A DNA stretch of 13,831 nt from Planctomycetota bacterium. Lineage in GTDB: Bacteria; Planctomycetota; GCA-002687715; DRQF01. Below are positions 1 through 8,850 of the stretch, in pieces. Below the pieces are notes generated by a model that saw nothing but the letters and a program-made list of their open reading frames with translations, did no database searches and had not been told where the DNA came from. Within the stretch, counting starts at the first letter, position 1, and each line of letters begins with the position of its first letter. The stretch spans positions 1 through 13,831 of the forward strand of contig JAZGFI010000118.1 of NCBI GenBank assembly GCA_036479435.1, in the 5' to 3' direction. Made by a program: the position numbers and the translations under genes.

Positions 1-21
1 TGGGAGTTCTCAATACAGGCC

Positions 22-47
22 AAAAACACGGGCTCTAAATGGGGCCC
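22..47 (-). terminator. Possible weak intrinsic terminator after ftsY
   Basis: The minus-strand RNA reads GGGCCCCAUUUAGAGCCC followed by GUGUUUUU, ~15 nt after the ftsY stop. The stem has mismatches on this strand and pairs better (with G-U) on the plus strand. Confidence 0.25.
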
Positions 48-61
48 AAGCCTCGATCGGC

Positions 62-979
62 TTATTCGAACAGCGCTTCGACGAAGGCTTCGGCGCGGAA
101 TTCCTCGATGTCTTCAGGTTTTTCACCGATGCCGATAAATTTGACGGGGACGTCGATCTGATCGCGGATGCCGATGACGGCGCCGCCCTTGGCCGTACCA
201 TCGAGTTTGGTCAGAAAAAGACCGGTGACGTCGACGGCGGCTTTGAATTGCTCGGCCTGCACGATGGCGTTTTGACCGTTGTTGGCATCGAGGATCAAGA
301 TGACTTCGTGGGGAGCTCCCTCGATCTTGTTGCCGATAACGCGCTTGATCTTTTCCAGCTCGAGCATGAGATTGCGTTGAGTGTGAAGGCGTCCGGCGGT
401 GTCGACGATGAGGTAGTCCACCCCGCGCGCGATGGCCGCATCGCAAGCGTCAAAGGCAACCGACGCCGGATCAGCGCCTTGGTTTTTCTTGATGATTTCG
501 ATGTCGAGCCGCTCCGCCCAGATGGTCAGTTGCTCGACGGCGGCCGCGCGGAAGGTGTCGCCGGCGGCAAACATCACCTTTTTGTCGCCAGCTCGAAGCA
601 GGTGGCCGAGCTTGGCAATCGACGTCGTCTTGCCGGAACCGTTGATCCCGGCCACGAGGATCACCGTGGGACCGGCCGTCGCAGAGCGAAGGCCTTCGCC
701 GTCTTGCCCCATGATCTCGCGCAGGATCTCCTTCAAAAAATCAAAGCACTCGTCCGTCGTGGTCACTTGCTTTTCTTTGTAAGCAGTTTGGATGCGGTCC
801 ATGATCTTGAGGACCGTCTTGGGACCGATATCGGCGCTGTAGAGATACTCCTCCATTCGGTCGATCAGGTCGGCGTCTAGCGCGCGTCCAAAGGGGAGTA
901 CCGCCTTCAGGCCGCCGAGGAGCTTGTCTTTGGTCCGGGCGAGCCCGTCCTTTAGTTTCTTCGTGAACTTTTTGAACAC
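62..979 (-). CDS. ftsY: Signal recognition particle receptor FtsY (NG domain only, no acidic A-domain)
   Basis: 305 aa. SRP GTPase motifs GINGSGKTTS (G1), DTFRAAA (G2), DTAGR (G3), TKLDGTAKGG (G4), GIGEK (G5). Basic amphipathic N-terminus MFKKFTKKLKDGLARTK. GTG start preceded by GAGGA, 3 nt after the nusB stop. Confidence 0.97.
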   Translation of the reverse strand: MFKKFTKKLKDGLARTKDKLLGGLKAVLPFGRALDADLIDRMEEYLYSADIGPKTVLKIMDRIQTAYKEKQVTTTDECFDFLKEILREIMGQDGEGLRSATAGPTVILVAGINGSGKTTSIAKLGHLLRAGDKKVMFAAGDTFRAAAVEQLTIWAERLDIEIIKKNQGADPASVAFDACDAAIARGVDYLIVDTAGRLHTQRNLMLELEKIKRVIGNKIEGAPHEVILILDANNGQNAIVQAEQFKAAVDVTGLFLTKLDGTAKGGAVIGIRDQIDVPVKFIGIGEKPEDIEEFRAEAFVEALFE

Positions 980-982
980 GCT

Positions 983-1438
983 TTAGTCCTCGCCGGAAGT
1001 CTTGGTTTTCGGATCGGGCGCTTTTTTTGGCACCAGGCCATCGAGGATGCCATTGACGAATCCTCCCGAAGCTTGGGTGCTGAATTTCTTGGCGAGTTCG
1101 ACGATCTCGTTGATGGTCACGGTGTTGGGGATTTCGTCGTGGTGCACGAACTCAAGCGCGCCCATCAATAGTAGGCAGCGGTCCACGGTGGGCATGCGCT
1201 TCCAAGTCCAGTTGGTGGCGCGGGCTTCGATGAGATCCCTGAGTTCGTAGCCGTGTTCGAGGACGCCCTTCACGAGGACCTCGGCGAAGGCGCGGGTCTC
1301 GGCGTCTTTTTCTTGGTGGCTGGCGAAATCCTCAAATCCTCTCATGCCGTTCTCGGTTCCGAGTTCGACGGTGAATAGGTATTTGAGTGCGAGCTCGCGC
1401 CCGAGGCTACGGCGTTTCAAAGGACTCGGCCTTTCCAT
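983..1438 (-). CDS. nusB: Transcription antitermination factor NusB
   Basis: Arg-rich N-terminus KRRSLGRELALKYLF, NWTWKRMPTVDRCLL, INEIVELAKKFS, FVNGILD. Classical position after ribH. The ORF-track start (1561) lies deep inside ribH, so the likely start is ATG 1438 or TTG 1420 (the latter preceded by GGAAAGG). Confidence 0.93.
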   Translation of the reverse strand: MERPSPLKRRSLGRELALKYLFTVELGTENGMRGFEDFASHQEKDAETRAFAEVLVKGVLEHGYELRDLIEARATNWTWKRMPTVDRCLLLMGALEFVHHDEIPNTVTINEIVELAKKFSTQASGGFVNGILDGLVPKKAPDPKTKTSGED

Positions 1439-1922
1439 CTGCGGTGGATCTGTCGGTGGCGATGTTTTTTTGTAGGCGAACCATCTCGATAGCGGCCAAG
1501 GCCACATCGCGGCCCTTGTTTTTTTCGCCATCACCGCTGCGCGCGCGAGCCTGTTCGGCATTCTCGGTGGTGAGAATGCCGAAGATGAAGGGCCGGCCGA
1601 CTTCGAGGCCGACGTTCAAGACTCCCTCGGTGACCGCCTTGCAGACGTAGTCGTAGTGCGAGGTCTCGCCGCGGATCACGCAAGCTAGGCCAATGACGGC
1701 ATCGATGCCTTCGTTTTCAAAAAGGGCATAGCCGATGGCGGGAATCTCGAAAGCGCCGGGTACCTGGGCGAGCAAGATGTCGTCATCCGCCACACCATGT
1801 TCCCGCAGGGTTTTGAGGGCCTGCCCTTCCATCGACTCGGTGATCTCGGCATTAAAGCGCGCTCGGACTAGCGCGATGCGGAGTCCAGATCCATCGAGGG
1901 AGGATTCATAAGCCCTTGGCAT
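1407..1922 (-). CDS. ribH: 6,7-dimethyl-8-ribityllumazine synthase
   Basis: 171 aa with ARFNAEIT, VPGAFEIP, VIRGETSHYDYV, FGILTT, NKGRDVALAAIEM, all hallmark lumazine synthase motifs. Confidence 0.97.
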   Translation of the reverse strand: MPRAYESSLDGSGLRIALVRARFNAEITESMEGQALKTLREHGVADDDILLAQVPGAFEIPAIGYALFENEGIDAVIGLACVIRGETSHYDYVCKAVTEGVLNVGLEVGRPFIFGILTTENAEQARARSGDGEKNKGRDVALAAIEMVRLQKNIATDRSTADGKAESFETP

Positions 1923-1968
1923 GGCGGGAATTCCGAGATTGAGTGGAGAACCGGAGCACGGCTGGATC

Positions 1969-4900
1969 TTAGCACTCTTCGGCCCGGCTCAAAACGGTCG
2001 CGCCAGCCCTAACTTGGGGCTGGGTTTCGCGACGCCGGCCGCTCAAAAACTCAAAGAAGACTATCCGGGAATCGTCCAGCAAGCTGTAAACAATGGGAAT
2101 CACGATCAGGGTCGCAATCGTCGACAAAGTCAGTCCGCCCATGACCCCGCGGGCCAGTGCCTTGTAGGACACAAAAGAACCTGATGCCTCGGAGAGTGCC
2201 ATGGGTAGGAGTCCGATGACCGTCGTAGAGGTGGTCATCAAGATGGGGCGTAGGCGTGTCCGGCCCGCCGCGAGCAGAGCCTCAGTGCGGCTCATCCCGG
2301 ATTGATACTGAACGTGGGCGTAATCGAGGAAGACGATGCCGTTATTGACGACGATGCCGATCAAGACGATGGCGCCAATCAATCCTGCAACATCGAGAAC
2401 CGTCCCGGTGGCAGCCAAGCACCACAAGGCTCCCATGCCTGCGAACGGAATCGTGGCAAAAACCGCCGGTGGCAACATGACAGACTCGAACAGGATACCC
2501 ATGAGCAACAAAATCAGAATTGCCGACAGCAGCAAGGTCAAAAGGATCTGGCCCATCTGTTGTTGGAACTCGTCGCCGCTTGTTTCGGTGAAGCTGTAGC
2601 CCTCTGGCAAGGAAAACCCTTCCATGCGATCGCGAATGGCGGTCGCGACTTCTTCTTTAGTCTTGCCGAAGGAATTGACGGTGAGCTGAATCGACGACTG
2701 TCCGTTGGTTCTTCGAATCGTCCCGTAACCCCGCTTCGTCTCAATGGTGGCAAAGTTCGAAAGGGGGTTTTGCGTTCCATTGCGAGACCAGACCTGCATG
2801 CCCTCGAGATCCGCACGCGAAGTCGTGGCGGCGTCGTCGAACTCAATAATGACCGGGATTTTCTGATCGCCGGCCTGAAAATCGGGCAGGCGCTGCCCGC
2901 GGATGCCGTACTGTACGGTTCCCATGAGAGTTCGTGGGTCGACACCCATGAGCTGCATTCGTTCGCGATCGGGACGAATGATCAACTCGTCGTTTTCGCG
3001 TTCGATGCCGCCACGGACTGCGGTGATGTCAGGATGGGATTCGAGGCGCTCAATGATCTCGTCGCCAATGCCCGCCAATCCACCGACCTCAGGTCCAAAA
3101 ACCTGAATCTTGATCGAGGTCTTGTCTTCGTTTTGGCTCTCCACCCCAACGGTCCATTTGACGCCGGACATCTTGGGCAGCTCTTTGTCGATCGCCTTGA
3201 CCACCATCTCGGTGTGTTCGGGACTGGTATCGAGCAATCCGATGTTGAGGGAACCGCGGCGGCGATTGAACCAGTGAAATACATAATCGACTTTGAACTC
3301 TTCTTTGCGTTCGTCGATCTCAGCGTAGAGCTGATTCAGGATCTTGTTGGCGTCTGTTAGAGTGAAGTTGGAGTCAAACTCTAGTTCGACGCGAACGCGG
3401 CCGCCGGATTCGTCGCCGAAATCGCCCATCTTGACGGTCGAACTCGCGAGTGCCGTAATCCCGCCGCAAACCGAAGCGATGAGTACCAGGGCCGCGAAGC
3501 GGTTGCGGAGGCACCATCCCAAACTGAGTTGATGCAGCTGGATGAGCCTCTGTAGTCCGTGCTCGATGCCATCGGCGACTCGAAGGAATGGCCAACACAA
3601 AAAGGCAAAGACGCGTCTGAGGCGACTCTCGCGGCCGTCCATATACAAGACGACCGTCGCGAGCGGAATGAAGAACAAGGCCACCAAGAGCGACGCCAAA
3701 ACGGCGTAGCACACCGGCATTGAGATGGCCTTAGCGAACCAAGTCAGGGTTTCCGAACCGCTAAGGAACACCAAGGGCACGAACGCGGCCACAGTCGTCA
3801 AAGTTGCCAAGGTAATCGCCAGCGCGACCTCAGATGTTCCTCGCAAAGCCCCTTGCCAGGCGCCAACTCCTTTTTCGCGGTGTCGAACGATATTCTCCAC
3901 CACGACGATAGCGTTGTCGACAAGCATCCCAATCGAGATCGTAAAGCCCATCATGCTCAACAAGTTGAGCGTTCCGCCCGTGAAGTAAACGCAACCCAAG
4001 GCGATGAGGAGTGATGTGGGGATGGCGAGCGCGATAATAAAAGTCAATCGCACCCGGCGGAGAAAGCAGAACAGCGGGATGATTGCCAGTAGTCCACCAA
4101 TCAACGCCGACGTCAACAGGCCGTCGAGAGAGTCGGTGACTAGGCGGCCTAAGTCTCCTTGGCTCGATGGGAAAAACTCCCAGCCTTTCTCGGCCATACG
4201 GCGATCCTTGGAGATCTTGTTGGCAATCTTGTCGCGGATGCGTTCGCACACGTCGACGGTGTTCGCAGTAGATTCTTTGCTGACGCTGAACCAGACCGCA
4301 CGCTTGCCATTGAGCCGAAAGACGAAGTTGCGAAGTGCCTTGGCCGATGTGACTTCAGCGACATCTTTGAGGCGGAGGTCGGGTCGAATCGGGTAATTTC
4401 GAAGCTCGTCTAAGTCGCGGAATCGACCGACGGAGCGCAGATAAAACTGCTGGTCGCCGTCGGTAATCCGACCGCCGATAACGTCGCGGTTGTCAGCCGC
4501 CAATGACTGTGAGAGCTCAAAGAGTGAAACCTCTGCCGCGGCGGCTTGCTCTTTGTCGACGAAAATGCGGATCGTCTCTTCGACGATTCCCCAGGGCTCG
4601 ACCTGAGCCACGCCATCAATGGACTCAATCTCTTTGGTGATCTTTTCGTCAATGATGAAAGAGGTGTCCGACTCCCACTCTTCGAGGAGAACTCCGAATT
4701 GTAAAATCGGGATGTCGTTGTCGAGATTGAAGCGCGATGTGGTGTATTCCTGGACGTCGTCCGGCCACCTTAGTTTTGCGACTTCCATGAGGTCGCGAAC
4801 CTCTGCGAAGGCTTCGTTGGGGTCGACCCCTCGTGCGAATTCAATGCCGATGAAAGATCTGTTTTTGGATGAATTGGTATTGACTGTCGCGAGACCAGAG

Positions 4901-5163
4901 ATCTGGCGTAAGACTTCGTAGGTAGGTTTGGTGACTTGTTCCTCAACCTCTATGGGGTTGGCATTGGGCACTGGGATGCTGATGGATATCTGCGTGTTCA
5001 CAAAGCCGGTGGGTAGCAGCTCCAGCCGAAGATTGGTCTGCGCGATGACGCCGATCAACACCGTGCTCATCAAGAGCATGAGCATGGTGACTGGACGGTG
5101 TAGCGTCATGGCCACGAATCGTTCAACCCGGCTCTTGCTCTCACCGTCGATTGTCTTCTTCAC
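1969..5163 (-). CDS. AcrB/AcrD/AcrF-family efflux RND transporter permease subunit (subunit 2)
   Basis: 1064 aa. N-terminal HRPVTMLM + TM1, two large periplasmic regions, LNLLSMMG/GMLVDNAIVVVEN (TM4), TLTTVAAFVPL, GIVVNNGIV (TM10), RLRPILMTT (TM11). GTG start overlaps the upstream stop (GTGA). Confidence 0.95.
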   Translation of the reverse strand: MKKTIDGESKSRVERFVAMTLHRPVTMLMLLMSTVLIGVIAQTNLRLELLPTGFVNTQISISIPVPNANPIEVEEQVTKPTYEVLRQISGLATVNTNSSKNRSFIGIEFARGVDPNEAFAEVRDLMEVAKLRWPDDVQEYTTSRFNLDNDIPILQFGVLLEEWESDTSFIIDEKITKEIESIDGVAQVEPWGIVEETIRIFVDKEQAAAAEVSLFELSQSLAADNRDVIGGRITDGDQQFYLRSVGRFRDLDELRNYPIRPDLRLKDVAEVTSAKALRNFVFRLNGKRAVWFSVSKESTANTVDVCERIRDKIANKISKDRRMAEKGWEFFPSSQGDLGRLVTDSLDGLLTSALIGGLLAIIPLFCFLRRVRLTFIIALAIPTSLLIALGCVYFTGGTLNLLSMMGFTISIGMLVDNAIVVVENIVRHREKGVGAWQGALRGTSEVALAITLATLTTVAAFVPLVFLSGSETLTWFAKAISMPVCYAVLASLLVALFFIPLATVVLYMDGRESRLRRVFAFLCWPFLRVADGIEHGLQRLIQLHQLSLGWCLRNRFAALVLIASVCGGITALASSTVKMGDFGDESGGRVRVELEFDSNFTLTDANKILNQLYAEIDERKEEFKVDYVFHWFNRRRGSLNIGLLDTSPEHTEMVVKAIDKELPKMSGVKWTVGVESQNEDKTSIKIQVFGPEVGGLAGIGDEIIERLESHPDITAVRGGIERENDELIIRPDRERMQLMGVDPRTLMGTVQYGIRGQRLPDFQAGDQKIPVIIEFDDAATTSRADLEGMQVWSRNGTQNPLSNFATIETKRGYGTIRRTNGQSSIQLTVNSFGKTKEEVATAIRDRMEGFSLPEGYSFTETSGDEFQQQMGQILLTLLLSAILILLLMGILFESVMLPPAVFATIPFAGMGALWCLAATGTVLDVAGLIGAIVLIGIVVNNGIVFLDYAHVQYQSGMSRTEALLAAGRTRLRPILMTTSTTVIGLLPMALSEASGSFVSYKALARGVMGGLTLSTIATLIVIPIVYSLLDDSRIVFFEFLSGRRRETQPQVRAGATVLSRAEEC

Positions 5164-8100
5164 GCTCCGGCTCCCTTTTGCTTGGCTCCGAATAAAAGGG
5201 CGACTTGCTCCACCCCGGAGTGAGCCAAAGAGTAGACCACGGGAATGATGACCAGCGTCAAGGCGGTGCTGGAGATGAGCCCTGCAATGACCGTGACGGC
5301 CATCGGCACCCGCATCTCAGCCCCTTCGCCGGTCGAGATCGCCATGGGCACCAACCCGAGGACGGTGGTCATGGTCGTCATCAAGATGGGGCGGAGTCGC
5401 ATCCGACCTCCCTTGATGATGGCCTCACGGCGGGGCATTCCCTGCCGATGAAGTCGATTGATGTTGTCGATGAGCACGATGGCGTTGTTGACCACGATGC
5501 CCGCCAACATGATTCCGCCGATGAACACGACGACGCTCGCGGCGATGCTGAACCAGTATAGAGCAAACACAGCTCCCACCGCTGCAAAGACACTGGAGAT
5601 CATGATGACGAGGGGGTCGAGGAGCGACTCAAACTGCGATGCCATCACGATGTAGACCAAAATGAGCGCCAAGGCCAAGGCGAACATGAGGTCTCGGCGA
5701 GAACGCTCCGCTTCTTCGGTCTGACCGGCTACTTTGACGACAACGCCGCGGAACATCTCGGGCCGCTCCGAGCGCAATTGCGCGATAACGTCGCTCACTG
5801 CGTCCGCAGCCACATCGAGGTCGACTCCCTGAGGGCGAGCGGTCAAAAACACCACGCGTTCGCCGCCAATGTGCCGGATTTCGGACGGGCCGCGGCTTTG
5901 GCGGACCTCGGCGACATCGGTCAGCCGAATCGGATCGAGGTTCGCAGCGTTGACCTGCAGATTGCGCAGGGCATCTACGGTCGTCATTTCGCCTTCGGGG
6001 ATCTTCACGAGGACGTCGATCTTGCGACCTTCTTCGGCGACCGAGTACTTAGTCGGCACCACCCCCTTGATCTTGTCGCGCACCGTGGCCGCCGCGTCGG
6101 CGAGACTTAGACCGCGGTCGGCCAGCAAGACGCGATCGTAGATGATGATGAACTCAGGGTTGCCTTCGCGCACCGTGCTCTTCAAGTCACTTATTTCCGG
6201 GCGTGTTTGCAGGCGCGCTTCAAGAGCGCGGGCGAGGTCTTCGATTGCATCGAGGTTGTCGCCTTTGATCTGAACTTCCAGAGGGTTTTTGAAACTGAAG
6301 AGCTTAGGAGTGCTGAAGGTCAGTTCGCGAACAGTGGCGGAATCCGCGGAGTCCTTGCGGACTTTCGTGATGACCTCTTCTTCAAGCTCTGCCATGTTTC
6401 GTGAGGGCGGCAGCTTAAGGTAGAGCTTCGCCGTGTGGGTTCCTTCGCCCGAGGGGGCAATCTCATCGCGCGCGACGCCAATTGCGGTCGAGAATCCGAC
6501 GATGGTTAGCTCGCCAGATTCTTGAGCATTCGTGATGGTACTTTCCAAATCTTGGGTCAGTCGAGCTGTCGTCTCCAGCAAGGTGCCGACACGCTGTGGT
6601 GACTCAATGATGAGTTCACCGCTGTGCATTTCGGGAATCAGCTCCATTCCGATGTCGTCGAGGAGCTGATAAGTCAAAAACAGCAAGAGTCCCGCCGCGA
6701 TCACCACAACTAATCTCAGCCGCAGGGCGGCGGTGATGGTGGCGGCATAGATGACTTCGATCGCTGCATAGGCGCGATCAAACAACCAAGCCAAGGGCCG
6801 CAGCAATAGAGCAGCGAGCTTGAAGATCCCCACGGCCAAGGCGGCCAGCGCGCCTAAGATCAGGGCGAACATGACATAGGCGAAACGACCAGCAACTTCG
6901 AGGACGCCCTGCAACAGGAGGATGGCAGCCGCGGCGGGAGCAGCGATGACGCCCATCGCCACTCCGAGCGTTCGGCGCTGCGGCCTTTGGAAGGTTGCGT
7001 TCACAAAATCACGCGTACTGCGGAAGAATTGCCACTCGGATAAGCGCGGCAAACCGTGTTTTCGAAGGAGCCCCCCGAACGACTTTAGGCGCGCCACAAA
7101 CCCTCTTGATTCGCCGAGGGCTCCGCTGTTGAAGGGACGAGCCGCCAACATGGGAATGAAGAAGATGGCCACCACCAAGGAGGTCAAGAGCGAAAAGACA
7201 ACCGTCAAAGACTGGTCTTTGAAGATCTCGCCGGCGATGCCGTCGACGAAGATGATCGGCAAGAACACGGCAACGGTCGTTAACACCGATGCGATGACGG
7301 CACCCCCGACTTCCTTGGTGCCGCGCAAGGCGGCTAATCGAAGCGAATCACCTTCTTTTCGGCAGCGATCGATGCTCTCCAAGACGACGATAGACGCATC
7401 CACGAGCATGCCGATGCCTAAGGCTAGGCCGCCGAGCGACATGACGTTTAAGGAAACGCCGAACTGCATCATCGGGCCGAAAGTCGCAATCACGCTGATG
7501 GGAATCGAAACGGCAATGATGAGGGTTGCTACCGCCCGGCGCAAAAAGAGCATCAACACCAAGATCGCGAACAGGGCACCAAAGATGCCGCTTTGTTTGA
7601 CCTCGTCCACCGAGCGTTTGATGAAGCGGCTTTGATCCGAGAGCAGACGCAACTTCATGCCCGGCGGAAGGGCCTCAACTATCGTCGTGCCTTCGTCTGC
7701 GCCGAGTGACACCTTGGTCTTGGAGCCCCCGCGTTCTTTGTTTTTCTCACTGCGCTTGCTGCGAACCGCCTTGATCTTTTTGAGATCCAGTTCGCCATCA
7801 ACGACGGTGTCACGCCATTCGTGGCCAAACAGCACGCGTTTCACCGCGTCGGCTACGGTTACGATGTTGGCGGAGTCCTCCTTGAAAATGGCTAGCTCTA
7901 CGGAGGGGCGCCCATCGATACTCGTGATGACGTCGGGCTCTTTGGGCGCGAGGTGGACCCGGGCGACGTCCTGCAGGCGGATGAGTTGACCATTGGTGGT
8001 CGCAACGACGAGGCGGCGGATTTCGTTGATGCTGCGGAACTCGTTGAGGGTGCGCACCAAAAACTCAACGTCTCCTTCGCGTAGCAGACCACTGGCGAGG

Positions 8101-8831
8101 TTGACGTTTTCCTCCTTAAGTCGCTGTTGAATCGTCGCCAGCGAGACGCCAGTGCGGCGAAGTTCATTTTCGTTGAGATCGACGCGGATTTCGGATTCGA
8201 AGCCGCCCTTGACGCGAACGGCAGCGACACCGGCGATGCTCTCAAGTTTCTTCTTGATCCGTTCCTCGCCCGCAAAGCGCATCTTGACGAGGTCGCCCCC
8301 GTACAAGCCGAAGCGCATGATCGGGTCGAGAGTTGGGTCGTACTTGAGCAACAGGGGCTTTTTGGCGTCGCGAGGTAAAAAGGAGCGAACCTGATCGACT
8401 TTTTCGCGAACGTCTTGAGCCGCGAAGCTCATGTTCCGATCCCACTCAAACTCTAAAATGATGTCGGAGACCCCCGCGCGCGAAAGGCTGCGGTAGCTGT
8501 TGAGACCGCTGGTAACTGACAGGTTGCTCTCGAGCGTCTTGGTGATCAGCTCTTCGACTTCGCTGGGCGCGGCGCCCTCGTATTCGGTGCGGACAGTTAG
8601 CGTGGGGTAGCTGATTTTCGGCAAGAGCGTCATCGACAGTTTTTGCAGGGCGACGAAGCCGAAAACGGCCACGGCCAACACCACCATCGTGACCGCTACC
8701 GGCCGATCAATGGCGAGTTCGATAAAAGAGCCGCCGGGCATGCTCTTGGTCTTGGCAGCTTCGGCGCCGTCGGCAAGGCCTGGGGGCGGAGAGTCTTCCA
8801 ACTTGGAATGGGAGTCTGAGTCCTGGGACAT
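5160..8831 (-). CDS. AcrB/AcrD/AcrF-family efflux RND transporter permease subunit (subunit 1, elongated)
   Basis: 1223 aa. DRPVAVTM + TM1, YPTLTVRTEYEGAAPSEVE, LNVMSLGGLALGIGMLVDASIVVLE, GIVVNNAIVLID, RLRPILMTT. Alternative start at ATG 8741 (MPGGSF). Confidence 0.95.
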   Translation of the reverse strand: MSQDSDSHSKLEDSPPPGLADGAEAAKTKSMPGGSFIELAIDRPVAVTMVVLAVAVFGFVALQKLSMTLLPKISYPTLTVRTEYEGAAPSEVEELITKTLESNLSVTSGLNSYRSLSRAGVSDIILEFEWDRNMSFAAQDVREKVDQVRSFLPRDAKKPLLLKYDPTLDPIMRFGLYGGDLVKMRFAGEERIKKKLESIAGVAAVRVKGGFESEIRVDLNENELRRTGVSLATIQQRLKEENVNLASGLLREGDVEFLVRTLNEFRSINEIRRLVVATTNGQLIRLQDVARVHLAPKEPDVITSIDGRPSVELAIFKEDSANIVTVADAVKRVLFGHEWRDTVVDGELDLKKIKAVRSKRSEKNKERGGSKTKVSLGADEGTTIVEALPPGMKLRLLSDQSRFIKRSVDEVKQSGIFGALFAILVLMLFLRRAVATLIIAVSIPISVIATFGPMMQFGVSLNVMSLGGLALGIGMLVDASIVVLESIDRCRKEGDSLRLAALRGTKEVGGAVIASVLTTVAVFLPIIFVDGIAGEIFKDQSLTVVFSLLTSLVVAIFFIPMLAARPFNSGALGESRGFVARLKSFGGLLRKHGLPRLSEWQFFRSTRDFVNATFQRPQRRTLGVAMGVIAAPAAAAILLLQGVLEVAGRFAYVMFALILGALAALAVGIFKLAALLLRPLAWLFDRAYAAIEVIYAATITAALRLRLVVVIAAGLLLFLTYQLLDDIGMELIPEMHSGELIIESPQRVGTLLETTARLTQDLESTITNAQESGELTIVGFSTAIGVARDEIAPSGEGTHTAKLYLKLPPSRNMAELEEEVITKVRKDSADSATVRELTFSTPKLFSFKNPLEVQIKGDNLDAIEDLARALEARLQTRPEISDLKSTVREGNPEFIIIYDRVLLADRGLSLADAAATVRDKIKGVVPTKYSVAEEGRKIDVLVKIPEGEMTTVDALRNLQVNAANLDPIRLTDVAEVRQSRGPSEIRHIGGERVVFLTARPQGVDLDVAADAVSDVIAQLRSERPEMFRGVVVKVAGQTEEAERSRRDLMFALALALILVYIVMASQFESLLDPLVIMISSVFAAVGAVFALYWFSIAASVVVFIGGIMLAGIVVNNAIVLIDNINRLHRQGMPRREAIIKGGRMRLRPILMTTMTTVLGLVPMAISTGEGAEMRVPMAVTVIAGLISSTALTLVIIPVVYSLAHSGVEQVALLFGAKQKGAGA

Positions 8832-8850
8832 TGTCTATGCCGATGAGGGC

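Noticed and set aside
1439..1561. N-terminal extension of NusB
   Set aside because: Overlaps the conserved RibH C-terminal core; NusB homology starts at KRRSLGRE.
1923..1968. FMN riboswitch before ribH
   Set aside because: Only 46 nt available and no RFN consensus.
2302..3360. 352-aa plus-strand ORF (also 248-880, 6922-7635, 9616-10182, 11217-12017, 11716-12468, 12356-13000)
   Set aside because: Antisense shadows of well-supported genes, expected from codon bias in GC-rich DNA, with no recognisable motifs.
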